DNA from: Cyanobacteria bacterium auto_48_18
Lineage (GTDB): Bacteria > Cyanobacteriota > Vampirovibrionia > Obscuribacterales > Obscuribacteraceae
Direction of reading: 5' to 3'
DNA length: 64,000 bases
Assembly: GCA_036170915.1 (NCBI GenBank)
Contig: JAVHQC010000032.1
Location: forward strand, 1-64,000
Shown: piece by piece, positions 41,698 to 51,967 of the stretch
Numbering within the stretch: the stretch's first letter is position 1
Layout of the letters: each line of letters starts with the position of its first letter
Notes under the pieces: generated by a model
What the model saw: only the letters and a program-made list of their open reading frames with translations
Database searches by the model: none
Told to the model about the DNA's origin: nothing
Position numbers and translations under genes: made by a program

Positions 41698-43770
41698 TTA
41701 ATCTAAATCAAAATGCCGATTAACGATGCGACCCACAGTTGTATCAGCCAGCTTGGCAAAGGTCATAGTGTCTTCGCCCTTAGCCATTCTTGCTTGCAAC
41801 ACTTTAGTGTATGCCTGCACAGTGGGATCGGTTGCCGGATCAACAATGGTAGCGTGGGCATTATGCAGAAGCTTCATGTAATCTTGAGTCGGCATCTTGC
41901 TGCCCGAAAGATTTTTGCCATCAAGGGAAATCAAAGCCAGAGTTAAATAGTTAACGGCTTCCTGACCATCCATGGCGGGCTGGGCATAGGGTGCTACTTT
42001 GCCATCGTTAAAGTGCAATATATTCAAGCCTTTGTTGGCAAATCTTCCCCAGATTATTTCTCTTGCCTCAGTAGGTAAACCACCTTTGGCGTCAACAATC
42101 ATCTCTTGCAAAGACATTTTCGCTCTATCATTGAATTCCATGAAAGCGACCTGACTGCCAGTAGCTCTAAATCTATCAGCGGCCACACTCATCAAACCAC
42201 GGAAGTTAGGGAAAGAACGAGCATCAGGACTGAGCCAGATGTGTTCTCCCCAGACTGCACTTTTAATTTCACGACCGCCAACTGGTATTACTTGCGATTG
42301 GATGCCACCAATTACCTGGCCATTACTGCCTCGCAGTGCCACTGCGTCCCAGGTGCCGTTCTTATCGAGCAAATAGTCAATGTAAGTCGAGCGTTTTTCA
42401 TATTCTGATTTATCAGGAAATGCTTGTTTCAGCTTCGGATAATACTCACTCATAACCGCTTTCATGGCTTTAGGATTTTCAGCGCCGATTTCGCGCATGC
42501 TTTCTACACCAACTATAGTGGGCACTTCACGGAAATCTATTTCGCTGACGACACGACCATCAGTGGCTTTGAATTTTTCAAACTCACGACGAAACTGTTC
42601 GTCGTAGGTAATACCTTGAGGCGTTTTCAGTTGTCCGACTTTTTCCAGACTGACTTCCACATTGCGTGTATCACCAACTTCTGCCGCTACTTTAGCTTCA
42701 GCTTTGTGAGCAAAATTCTCACCCGCGCGGCGCAATTGCAAATATTCCTGAAAAGCTTTGACTTCATCGCCATTGCGAAGTAGCTTGGCCGCTCCTTCAA
42801 ATTCAGCTTTATGCGATTTCAAAAACCACTCATGGGCAAATTCATGAGCCCGGTCAGGAGCATTGCCACGACCTTCCAGGCTGACTGTTTTGCCCTGCAA
42901 ATTAGTTGAATCTTGACCGGTTTTAACACGCAGAGTGGCGACCCTACCGGCCAATTCATCCAAAGTTTCAGACTTGCCACTGAGGCCATTAAGCTGCATG
43001 TCACTTAAAACTGGGTTGCCGCGGCCCATTTTGTCATTAATATGACCAAGGCCCATGCTCGAAAGTTTTTGCATTCCAGGAAGGGCCATATTCATGGCAC
43101 CACCGGCGGCCATAGTCATGGCCAGCTCACTACCGGTAGTGGCATGGCCCGAGATGCCATCGGCAACTAGTTTGGCCGCACCAGCTCCAGTACTACCAAG
43201 CAGAGCATAGCCACCGATCTTACTGCCCAGTGAAAGCGCTGCCAGTTTTGGATTGAATTTTTCATACATACCAAAAGCAACAAGACTGCCTGCCATGTTG
43301 CCCAAGTGCGACTCGCCCTTATTTAAATCGCGCAAGCCATCGTAAGCGGTGGCGCCTAAAATTTGAGAAGCCTTATCACCAACCATAGTTTTAGTAACAG
43401 CCGCAGCCTTTTCAGCCCCCATCACTGAAGCCAGCTTGCTTTCGCCGGCCAGCGCTCGCTCACCGAGACGAATTATGCCGCCCACAGATTTTCCGGCAGC
43501 CACATAAACTAGTGCCATGCCTACGCCGGTAGCAGCTACCTGCATGACAGTTTCTTTCGATAATCCCTCGGTCTCGGCAACTTTCTTGCGCTCGGCGCGA
43601 CCAATCAAGTCTTTGTCTGCAATGGCCTGAGAAGCAGTGTTGGCAGCTTTACCAATGGTGTTATAAAACAAGGCGTTATACGCATCTGCAGCAGTATTAG
43701 CCAAAGGATTAATAACATTACCTTCAACCCAACTTTGCTTTCCGCTTTCAGCCGACTCAGTCTTTGCCAT
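41698..43770 (-). CDS. Hypothetical multidomain protein (Gly/Ala-rich hydrophobic N-region, HExxH motif, GNAT-like C-domain)
   Basis: 690-aa ORF with AAGGA RBS; HEFAH; C-terminal AFPD.SE, GQVIGG, EHIWLSPDAR, FMEFND resembling a GNAT fold. Confidence 0.75.
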   Translation of the reverse strand: MAKTESAESGKQSWVEGNVINPLANTAADAYNALFYNTIGKAANTASQAIADKDLIGRAERKKVAETEGLSKETVMQVAATGVGMALVYVAAGKSVGGIIRLGERALAGESKLASVMGAEKAAAVTKTMVGDKASQILGATAYDGLRDLNKGESHLGNMAGSLVAFGMYEKFNPKLAALSLGSKIGGYALLGSTGAGAAKLVADGISGHATTGSELAMTMAAGGAMNMALPGMQKLSSMGLGHINDKMGRGNPVLSDMQLNGLSGKSETLDELAGRVATLRVKTGQDSTNLQGKTVSLEGRGNAPDRAHEFAHEWFLKSHKAEFEGAAKLLRNGDEVKAFQEYLQLRRAGENFAHKAEAKVAAEVGDTRNVEVSLEKVGQLKTPQGITYDEQFRREFEKFKATDGRVVSEIDFREVPTIVGVESMREIGAENPKAMKAVMSEYYPKLKQAFPDKSEYEKRSTYIDYLLDKNGTWDAVALRGSNGQVIGGIQSQVIPVGGREIKSAVWGEHIWLSPDARSFPNFRGLMSVAADRFRATGSQVAFMEFNDRAKMSLQEMIVDAKGGLPTEAREIIWGRFANKGLNILHFNDGKVAPYAQPAMDGQEAVNYLTLALISLDGKNLSGSKMPTQDYMKLLHNAHATIVDPATDPTVQAYTKVLQARMAKGEDTMTFAKLADTTVGRIVNRHFDLD

Positions 43771-43908
43771 TTCTTATCCTTAATATATTTGCTGCACTGG
43801 CGTTCAGTGAAAGCATTCTAATGGTTGGAGTTTGGCATTTTGTTGGCGAAGTCACAATTCTGGGTATGTTCACCTGATAGACATTCAGCTCGCACAGGTG
43901 AAGGCACT

Positions 43909-45951
43909 ATGTCTGAAACCTCAGGAGACTCGGAAGCTCAAAGTAATACGCGCGGCCCTCTCGTGGAACTGAAGGCACACACCTGCTCAGTGTGCGGCAG
44001 GCTGCCCAGCAATGGCTCATTAACAGCCTGGATTTTCCAAACTAATCGCTGTCAATGCCCCTCTAGGGTTCAAACAACTGAAACGGATAAAGCCCAGGAG
44101 CCGCTCCCTGCAAGGGAAATCGCCGCTAACTTAACAACAATCGAGCAGCCGGAATCACTACCCGAAATAAGTCTAGGGGAGCGTTATGAGGTTCTGGCGC
44201 GTATAGGCGAAGGTGGTTCCGGACAAGTTTATCGTGTATTTGATAAGGAATTAAAACTACCGTTTGCCGTTAAGCTGTTGCGACCTGAAGTAGCGCGAGA
44301 TCCGGTGATGAAGCAGCGCTTCCTTCAGGAATCGAAGCTAGCAATGACTCTGACACACGAAAATCTTGTGGGCATGTATGGACAGAACGAAACCCCAGAC
44401 GGAACGCCATTTATCGTTATGGATTACCTTGAAGGTCGTTCACTCGAAGCCATTCTTAAAGAGGAGGGCCCTCTCAGCGAAGATCGCTTCATGTCAATCT
44501 TCTCGCAAACGCTGGAGGGGCTCTCTCATGCCCACATGAAAGGTCTGATTCACAGGGACCTGAAACCAGCCAATATTCTCATTGTCGAGCCCCAACCAGG
44601 GGTGGAAATCGTCAAATTGATTGACTTTGGTATTGCCAAACTGACTGAGACGTCCCTGCGCACCACGCACAATTTAACCCAGACCGGTGAAGTGTTCGGC
44701 ACACCAGCCTATATGAGCCCAGAACAATGCCTGGGCTTTGAAGTTGACCAACGTTCTGATATTTATTCCCTTGGTTGTTTGATGTATGAAGCGCTTTCAG
44801 GCAGTGCCCCTTTTAGCGGCAAGAATGCGGTGCAAATTATTTCGAAGCATCTGGGGGCGGAACCATTTATGCCCAAAGGCGACAACTACCAGCTGAACAA
44901 TCTGATTGTTTCGTGCCTTGCCAAAGAAGTAAGCGAACGGCCACAGTCGGCAGAAAAATTGCTGGCAAAACTGCGCCTGATTGAATCGGGTTCGCTCCGT
45001 TCTCCTGTCTTGTTCAACGTCAGCAGGCAATTAAAAAATTTATTGAGGTCCAAGAACAACAATATTCTGCCGAATATGCGTTTCTATTATGGTGCATCAG
45101 GCATTGCTATGTGGGCCACTTTAATAACAGGCATTGCCGCAGCCCTTCCATCTGCAGTCCGTAATGCGCCCGATCCATTAGTCTATTTTTGCTGTTCCGC
45201 TGTAGTGCTGTTAACTCATTTTGCACTTGTCGAGTTTCGAGCACGCATCAGATATGTTTCTCAGGTTGTTGAAACGACTAAGCCTCAAGCGAGAGAATTA
45301 GACTTGATCAACAAGACGCGATCAGGGTATGCAATTAAGTTTAGCGGTCTACCAATAGAAGATTACACCGCTGATGGTGTCAACTTAGAAGATCTTACTC
45401 TACCTTTTACCTGTGATGTCTGGTCAGATGAAACCGACAAAGTAGTGGCGGTGCAGGTAAACAATGCTCTTCTGCTAAGAAACATATGGCCGTACGCCAT
45501 TAGGCATATCAGCTGGTGGAAGATCTTGCTCACAATTTGCCTTTTGAGCATTTCCTGCCAGCCTCTATCAAGTTCGCCTGTTCTCCTCGTCCTATCAGAG
45601 GTTTCGCTGGTTCTTCTGATAGTAGGCGGTTTGCTCAGAGGCTGGGCCCGCCGCGACTGGCTCCTTACCGGGGCATGTTTCCTCTCTCTGCCCATAGTCG
45701 TTTCAATCGTCGGTAATATACTGCAGCCGTTCTTGTCCAGCTCAGTTCAACTATTGGTGATACAGACACTCAACCTACCCCATAGTTACCCTGCCGTTCT
45801 TGCGCTCAGTATGATGGTGATGTGGTCGTTCGTGGGCCTATTTAAACTGCTGGAGTATACAGGCCTGCTTAAAGTTGGAGGGTTACGGTCTTCAATCGGC
45901 AAAAATACAGAGCGGAGTAAATCTTCGGCCTTCATCTCAAAGGCCAAGTAG
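43909..45951 (+). CDS. Ser/Thr kinase with N-terminal Cys cluster and C-terminal multi-TM region
   Basis: CSVC...CQC; GEGGSG, HRDLKPAN, DFG, GTPAYMSPE; several hydrophobic helices; ATG 43909 preferred over TTG 43825. Confidence 0.9.
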   Translation: MSETSGDSEAQSNTRGPLVELKAHTCSVCGRLPSNGSLTAWIFQTNRCQCPSRVQTTETDKAQEPLPAREIAANLTTIEQPESLPEISLGERYEVLARIGEGGSGQVYRVFDKELKLPFAVKLLRPEVARDPVMKQRFLQESKLAMTLTHENLVGMYGQNETPDGTPFIVMDYLEGRSLEAILKEEGPLSEDRFMSIFSQTLEGLSHAHMKGLIHRDLKPANILIVEPQPGVEIVKLIDFGIAKLTETSLRTTHNLTQTGEVFGTPAYMSPEQCLGFEVDQRSDIYSLGCLMYEALSGSAPFSGKNAVQIISKHLGAEPFMPKGDNYQLNNLIVSCLAKEVSERPQSAEKLLAKLRLIESGSLRSPVLFNVSRQLKNLLRSKNNNILPNMRFYYGASGIAMWATLITGIAAALPSAVRNAPDPLVYFCCSAVVLLTHFALVEFRARIRYVSQVVETTKPQARELDLINKTRSGYAIKFSGLPIEDYTADGVNLEDLTLPFTCDVWSDETDKVVAVQVNNALLLRNIWPYAIRHISWWKILLTICLLSISCQPLSSSPVLLVLSEVSLVLLIVGGLLRGWARRDWLLTGACFLSLPIVVSIVGNILQPFLSSSVQLLVIQTLNLPHSYPAVLALSMMVMWSFVGLFKLLEYTGLLKVGGLRSSIGKNTERSKSSAFISKAK

Positions 45952-45959
45952 AGTAGTGT

Positions 45960-46331
45960 CTACTCAGCCACCGCTGCCAGTATTTGCTTCAACTGCTCTA
46001 CCGTTTCACATTTCTCAGGCACATAACTACTTTCTACCAGCTCAGCTTTATTGCCGCTCAACTTATAGTGGCGCACAGAATAAAGGTGGGCAAAACCACC
46101 GCTCTCAAAATGAACGTAGCATTCCGCACCATCACCGGCGCCTGAACATGCTCCAAATATTAGGCGAGAAAGCGGCAGTGGTTCTGGGCCGCTCACACAG
46201 CCCACTTGATACGACTCGCCGCTATCGGCCATGGGATAATTTTGTAAATCAATTTGCACAGGCAGCGGCAACTGATCTACTTTTTTGACAATTTTAAAAT
46301 CCATATTTTCCTGATCATTCGATGCTGACAT
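45960..46331 (-). CDS. Hypothetical protein
   Basis: ORF fills the gap; ATG 46331 avoids overlap with the divergent ORF. Confidence 0.55.
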   Translation of the reverse strand: MSASNDQENMDFKIVKKVDQLPLPVQIDLQNYPMADSGESYQVGCVSGPEPLPLSRLIFGACSGAGDGAECYVHFESGGFAHLYSVRHYKLSGNKAELVESSYVPEKCETVEQLKQILAAVAE

Positions 46332-46382
46332 AATATATTCGCCGCCATTACACACCAACAATATATTCCATAAAAATATCAA

Positions 46383-46682
46383 ATGCAAAAAGTCTGGCAA
46401 TCTCCGCTAATACCTCTACTGGTGGCACTTTTTCTGCTAGCGAAATCGCTGTCTGCGGCCAGGGTAGTGAGCGGGCCAATAGCCCCCCTGAAACACTATA
46501 AGTTGGCCGCAGAAAATGCCAAACTAATTTCTCTACGCAGGCAGGCCGATAGCTTAGCCACTCGCTTGCGTAAGTATATGAGCGGCATTTGCCCTGGCAA
46601 CTGTCTAAAACCAAGCATGCCCGGCTGGGTCAAAAAGACCGTACCAGGCACTACTGGAGTAACGATCACATGGGAGAAGTGA
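46383..46682 (+). CDS. Hypothetical exported small protein
   Basis: 99 aa, signal-peptide-like N-terminus, CPGNC motif. Confidence 0.45.
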   Translation: MQKVWQSPLIPLLVALFLLAKSLSAARVVSGPIAPLKHYKLAAENAKLISLRRQADSLATRLRKYMSGICPGNCLKPSMPGWVKKTVPGTTGVTITWEK

Positions 46683-46789
46683 TTGAATATGTCAACGGCC
46701 GGCCAGTCAATAGAGGTCGCTGCCCTATTTGTCAGGGCACGGGTAAAGTAGCGCTGCCCTGAGGGCAACTCACTTTCTAAAGAGGCAGT

Positions 46790-47137
46790 ATGATTAAAGA
46801 CAACAAAGAAAATATCACAAATTCTGCATTTCTAATTGATCTAGTATCAAATCAGAAAATTCCTGTCATTACACCTAAATGTCGTGTCGGCAGCGACGCT
46901 CTCAATGACATCGTCATCAAAGGTGACCAGTCGATTTCAAGATTTCATTTCATCATCAGCTATGCAGATGAAAAATTTAGTTTACAAGACTCGAGTAGTG
47001 GTGGCGGCACATTTCTAAACGGCAACCGAATCGCTCAACCTGAAAACATTAAAGACGGTGATGTGTTAAAAATTGGCTTTTCACTTTTTTGGTTTGCGGT
47101 TGAAAACGGTACTGGCCCAGCAGTTAAGCCGGCTTAA
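46790..47137 (+). CDS. Stand-alone FHA-domain protein
   Basis: VG....NDIVI, SISRFH, GTFLNG, IKDGDVLKIG; paralog of the N-terminus of 51968..54103; AGAGG RBS. Confidence 0.9.
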   Translation: MIKDNKENITNSAFLIDLVSNQKIPVITPKCRVGSDALNDIVIKGDQSISRFHFIISYADEKFSLQDSSSGGGTFLNGNRIAQPENIKDGDVLKIGFSLFWFAVENGTGPAVKPA

Positions 47138-47138
47138 A

Positions 47139-48612
47139 TCATTGACTTGAGCAGGTCTTCAAGTTCGTCTCCATCTGATCCAGTGCCTTCAATTTCTCGG
47201 CGAGAATCTGCGTGGGAAGCTCACCACGTTCGCGTAATCTCTTGCGACTGATCTCATCCAGTAATCGTAATCTGAGGTTATCACCCACAGCAAAATATGA
47301 ACCAGAACCATAGGCAATTATTCCAGGAATCAAAATCGCATTAGCCCGGTGAGGAAATTTGCTGAACTCCCAGCCGGCAATGATATTGGTTACACCAAAC
47401 GTTATTTTTGAGCCGCCGACAATTAGGCCCGAGCCGATATTCTGTGTTGCTGAGCGTGTTCCAGAGCGAATTTCCCTCGTCGCCAGCGCAAATTGTTTAC
47501 GACGTTGCCCGGTTTCTTCGTCATAAGCGGTGAGAAGAGCAAGAGACTTAGCTGAGCAATTCTTAGAATCAGCTGATAGCCGAGCATCCTCCAATTTACC
47601 AAGAAGCACTTTATGCTTTTCGAGTTCATCAACGGTGGTTTTGGAAATGCCGGCAGTCACAGGTCGCAGGGCACGATCGTGAGAAGCCGCCACCACTTTA
47701 CTGATGCCTCGACTGAGGAGAGGACCAAGCATATACAAAGCACCAGATGTGGTGGTAACGACACCGGCGCCGCCCGGGCCGCGGGGGGTCGCGGTTATGC
47801 GTGGCAAGCAAGTTCAATAAGCTGCCTACTGCACCTGTACTGCTTTTCAAAATATCAAAAGTATATTGAGAATCTTGAAAGGCTCTAAAGCGCCTGGCCT
47901 GTAAATGATAATTAGCATATTCTTGCAAGCTCAAATCAGTCAGGTCATGCAAGACTTGTTCTTCCGCGCTGGCGATTGCCAGCTCCTCCACAGTTAGGCC
48001 GGCAGCGGCAATAGCCTGACGACGTTCCTCAAACAATCTTTCGATTTCAGCTCGCAGTGAAAGAACATGTTTAATTGAAGCTTTCGATCCGAAGCCTTTC
48101 TTAATAGCCTGTCGCTGGTGATGAATATTTATTCCCAGTTCTATGCCTGAGCCCACCGCGCCAATAGATTGCCCAACCATTTGCAAAATTTGGCCGGTCT
48201 CGAGGGCGCCTCGATTGTTTACACTCGATACGAAGGTCGGCTGGCCATCTTTAGTAAAAGACAGGATATCCGGGTGTTTGAGTACCCTTAACCGATCACG
48301 CAGCTGCACGGTTAAACCGGAGGCGGTGCAGGCGGCGCTGGCCTCCTGCGAGAGAAAGTAACGCCATCCACGCCAGCGGCCTTGGACGTTATTGTTTTTG
48401 CGAAAATTGATACTAAAACGCTCCAGCTCTATTTCTTTTAAAATTATGCGGCGATTATACTCTTCAATATTACTGACACCGGCCTTAAGAGCGACACCAC
48501 TGGTAGTATCACCAACTTGGCAATAAGCGCTCGGCACGCAACAAATCAAGGCAGCCAGAGCACAGCTCAAGCTTCGAACCTTTAAATCAAAAATATTTTG
48601 GTACCTGAACAA
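47139..48612 (-). pseudogene. Frameshifted gene for an exported or membrane helical protein (or a sequencing indel)
   Basis: Overlapping same-strand ORFs 48612-47698 and 47807-47139; removing one base of the C6 run (plus-strand G6 at 47783-47788) joins them as ...HNRDPRGPGGAGVV... Confidence 0.7.
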
Positions 48613-48629
48613 TGATAATCCTGCAGAAA

Positions 48630-49172
48630 TTATTGTGCCTCCAGCTGCTGCAAGAGCGTTGCCGCCCGCGCCACCCCTGAAGCTTCCGCCCGCCGAAACC
48701 AGAAAATCGCCTGCTCGCGATTGGCAGCAACAAATCTACCATGTTGATAGCAGCAGGCCAGGTCAAATTGAGCACGAGGTGAGCCATTTTCAGCAGCAAG
48801 GCTGTACCACTTGAAAGCATTTTCATCGCTGATCTCCACACCCCAACCGCGATCGTACATATATGCAATCGTGAATTGAGCGTCGCAATCGTTTTGTTCG
48901 GCAGCACGTAGAAACCAGACCATGGCCATTTCATAGTCGCGGGCCAGGCCGTTACCACTTAAATAAAGGCAACCAAGATTGTATTGGGCGATGGCAAAAC
49001 CACCTTCAGCTGCCTTTCTATAGTATTTTTCAGCCTGAGCAAAGTCGGCCACCACTCCTTCACCCTTAGCCAGCATCAAACCGGCCTGCGTCATGGCGCT
49101 CAGGTCACCGGCTTCAGCTTTAACCACAATGTCTGCAAATTTGAGCAGTGCTTGCTCGCTATCATTTTTCAT
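48630..49172 (-). CDS. Sel1-like repeat protein
   Basis: AQYNLG.LY..G.G...DY..A..WF..AAEQ-type repeats, about four copies. Confidence 0.93.
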   Translation of the reverse strand: MKNDSEQALLKFADIVVKAEAGDLSAMTQAGLMLAKGEGVVADFAQAEKYYRKAAEGGFAIAQYNLGCLYLSGNGLARDYEMAMVWFLRAAEQNDCDAQFTIAYMYDRGWGVEISDENAFKWYSLAAENGSPRAQFDLACCYQHGRFVAANREQAIFWFRRAEASGVARAATLLQQLEAQ

Positions 49173-49295
49173 TTATTGCTTTCTTTTCATTTAGTTAAGC
49201 CGAAAAATAATTCTAAGCGAAGTTCAGGGTAATTACTGAGGTGATCAAACTGCGGCGGTGATTTAATCAAAGCACAGTGTTTTGAGGCAGCCTAC

Positions 49296-51128
49296 ATGAT
49301 CAAGCAAACCATCAGGTGGCAGATTTGCGCTATCAGCGCTCTGAGTGCCCTCAGTTTAGCCATCACTTTTAGTCACTGCCAAACAGCTTATGCCGCACCT
49401 GACGGTGAAATTGCATCCTCCAGCAGCCTTACACGCATGCCCGTGAAAGAAATCACGGTTTTTAAAGATGGTCACGCTTTACTTGTCCACGAGGGTGAAA
49501 TGCCCCTCACCACCAGTGGTGATGTAATTTTAGAAGATCTGCCGAAGCCTGTGCTGGGCACCTTTTTTCCCTACAGCCTAGAAACGCGCGCTAGACTGAA
49601 TTCGGTAACAGCTGGAAGACGCAAAATTCAAAACAGTCAGACAGCCCTAACAATCCCGGAGTTGATTGCTGCCAATGTCGGTGCCCTGGTGCATATAGAT
49701 GAGTTGATTGGTCATGACAGCCAAAGTAAACTGCTTTCTTATGACGCCAAAATTATAGGCATACCGACAAGATCGGCAGAAGAACTTGCGGCCGCCAGTG
49801 GTGAAACCAGTGCGTCTTTGACTCTGCCTGTTAAAAGCAATCTGGTAGAACTTGAGACTGCCGATGGGCACTCATTTGTGGCCATCGATCACATTCAGAA
49901 GCTTGCATTCAAAAGCACCCCTAGAGCTAAAGTAAGTGATGAAAATTTGCGCAATGTTTTGACTATGGCCCTTGATTGGGAAAAGTCGGCGCGAAACAAT
50001 ACTCAAGAGCGCAGCGCCAGGGTAGGCATGATGTACGTGGAAAGAGGCATTCGCTGGATTCCTAATTACAAAGTTACCATTGATGGCCAGGGCCACGCTC
50101 GCGTTAAACTGCAAGCTACGCTGGTTAACGATCTGACCGATCTTAAAGACGTCAATTGTAATCTAGTTGTTGGTGTTCCTTCTTTTGCCTTTAAAGGAGA
50201 AACCGATCCCATTTCTTTAAGTCAGTCTCTGGCCAGAATAGCGTCGTATGCCGGCAACGAATCGCGCATGCGTAACAATTTGAGTAACGCCATCATGACC
50301 CAATCGCAGGCCTACGAAGCAGACGACAGCAGGGTCGGCGCAGCAGGGCCCGGCGAACGTGAGACCACTAAAAACGAGGACCTTTTTGTTTTTTCAGTTA
50401 AGCATCTAACTTTAAAAAAGGGCGAGCGCATGGTGGTACCAGTAGAAGAGTATGCGGTCGAATACAAAGACATCTACACGCTAGAATTAGCGGTACTGCC
50501 ACCACCTGAGGTGCAATCGCAACGCAGCGGCAGCCAAATGGACGAGCAAAACAAACTGGTTGATTTGAATAAAGTCATGCATAAAATTCGCTTATTCAAC
50601 ACTACCAAACAACCGTTTACCACCGCACCGGCACTGGTAGTAGTGGCAAACCCTCGCGACAACGACCCCGGCAATACGGAAGTACTGGCGCAAGGCATGA
50701 TGACTTATGCATCTCCGGGCAGTAACACTGAGTTGACCCTGACCAATGCAGTAGATATCAAAACAAAAAAAGAAGAGAAAGAAACAGGACGCACGCCCGA
50801 CGCAGTCAATTGGCAAGACAACAAATACGCTCGCGTCGATTTATCTGGTGTAATTACACTGACAAATTATATGGACAAGCCGATCACAATTGAAATTAAG
50901 CGCAAAGTTTTAGGCCGTCTTGACACCATCAGTGATGGCGGCAAAATGAAGATGGTCAACACCATGGACGAACTTAAAGAACGCGAACTTCCGCCCTGGT
51001 GGGGCTACTACAGCTGGCCCGGCTGGTGGTCATACATGAACGGAATCGGCGAATTCAGTTGGACGAAAACAATTCAACCCGGCAAATCAGCTGACGCTAA
51101 TTACACCTGGCACTATTTCTGGCGCTAA
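49296..51128 (+). CDS. Exported DUF4139/DUF4140-like protein
   Basis: Signal peptide; ITVFKDGHA, Y...GIRW.P.Y, L.ATL.ND, LVVGVP.F. Confidence 0.7.
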   Translation: MIKQTIRWQICAISALSALSLAITFSHCQTAYAAPDGEIASSSSLTRMPVKEITVFKDGHALLVHEGEMPLTTSGDVILEDLPKPVLGTFFPYSLETRARLNSVTAGRRKIQNSQTALTIPELIAANVGALVHIDELIGHDSQSKLLSYDAKIIGIPTRSAEELAAASGETSASLTLPVKSNLVELETADGHSFVAIDHIQKLAFKSTPRAKVSDENLRNVLTMALDWEKSARNNTQERSARVGMMYVERGIRWIPNYKVTIDGQGHARVKLQATLVNDLTDLKDVNCNLVVGVPSFAFKGETDPISLSQSLARIASYAGNESRMRNNLSNAIMTQSQAYEADDSRVGAAGPGERETTKNEDLFVFSVKHLTLKKGERMVVPVEEYAVEYKDIYTLELAVLPPPEVQSQRSGSQMDEQNKLVDLNKVMHKIRLFNTTKQPFTTAPALVVVANPRDNDPGNTEVLAQGMMTYASPGSNTELTLTNAVDIKTKKEEKETGRTPDAVNWQDNKYARVDLSGVITLTNYMDKPITIEIKRKVLGRLDTISDGGKMKMVNTMDELKERELPPWWGYYSWPGWWSYMNGIGEFSWTKTIQPGKSADANYTWHYFWR

Positions 51129-51589
51129 TATGGTGGAATCATGGCCGGGCATTCTTTCGCTTTGCCTTCCATATCTTTGTGTGTGGCAGCGGCAGAAGCA
51201 CCTAATTTTTCGTTGGGCACAAAAGCTTTCTCTCTTTCAATGCCAAGAGCGGCGGCGTCGGTCCAGGTGTCGTACGGAAAATCGCTGCTTTTCTGACGAC
51301 GGAACCAGATTTCTAAACCCTCAGCCTTCCATACCAGCACAGCAGGCAACGGTTGCTCATCATCGCTGCTCTTTTGCAGACCCATTAAAACTGAACGCGG
51401 TAGCTTGACGACCAGGCCACCAGGATAGATCTTGACTTCGCTCTCGCGCACAACTTCAATCACCTCTGACGTCAACTTATAAACGGCCACCAGAGTACCG
51501 TTTTCTTGTTTGCACCAGGGTAAATTTTTCAGATATTCGAGAAAGCTTTCGGCGCCCACTGCGGCTTGTGGTTCAACAGATTCGGTCAT
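51125..51589 (-). CDS. Hypothetical protein
   Basis: 154-aa ORF, GAGGAG upstream, 4-nt convergent overlap. Confidence 0.65.
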   Translation of the reverse strand: MTESVEPQAAVGAESFLEYLKNLPWCKQENGTLVAVYKLTSEVIEVVRESEVKIYPGGLVVKLPRSVLMGLQKSSDDEQPLPAVLVWKAEGLEIWFRRQKSSDFPYDTWTDAAALGIEREKAFVPNEKLGASAAATHKDMEGKAKECPAMIPPY

Positions 51590-51967
51590 CTAAAGGTTAT
51601 GCTCCTCAGAATGCTTGTCCTAACGGGTCACTCTAATTTACCCACATCGTCGCTCGTAAAGATTAGAAATGATAGCGATTAATAAATTTCCCGACTACTT
51701 GCCATCATCCTAAATGCTTCCACTACCACAGATGGCACATCGAAGAGCACAAAGGCAGAGCAATTCGATTGAAAAATGACCGCAGAGCTAAGGTATTTCC
51801 GGCTGATAATCAAAGTAAATTGTGGCAAGTGTAATAAGCGGATGCGATTCGGCGTTAATATTCTCCTGTGTGTGGAACATCATTGTAGTGACACGCAAAT
51901 TTACTGCAGTTTACGCTCCAGAAGAGCTGAATGGCTCAGGCATCCTCTAATTCCCTAAGAAAGCAGC

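Noticed and set aside
51776..51958. 60-aa ORF upstream of the FHA gene
   Set aside because: Lies in the probable divergent promoter region and has no supporting features beyond a few cysteines.
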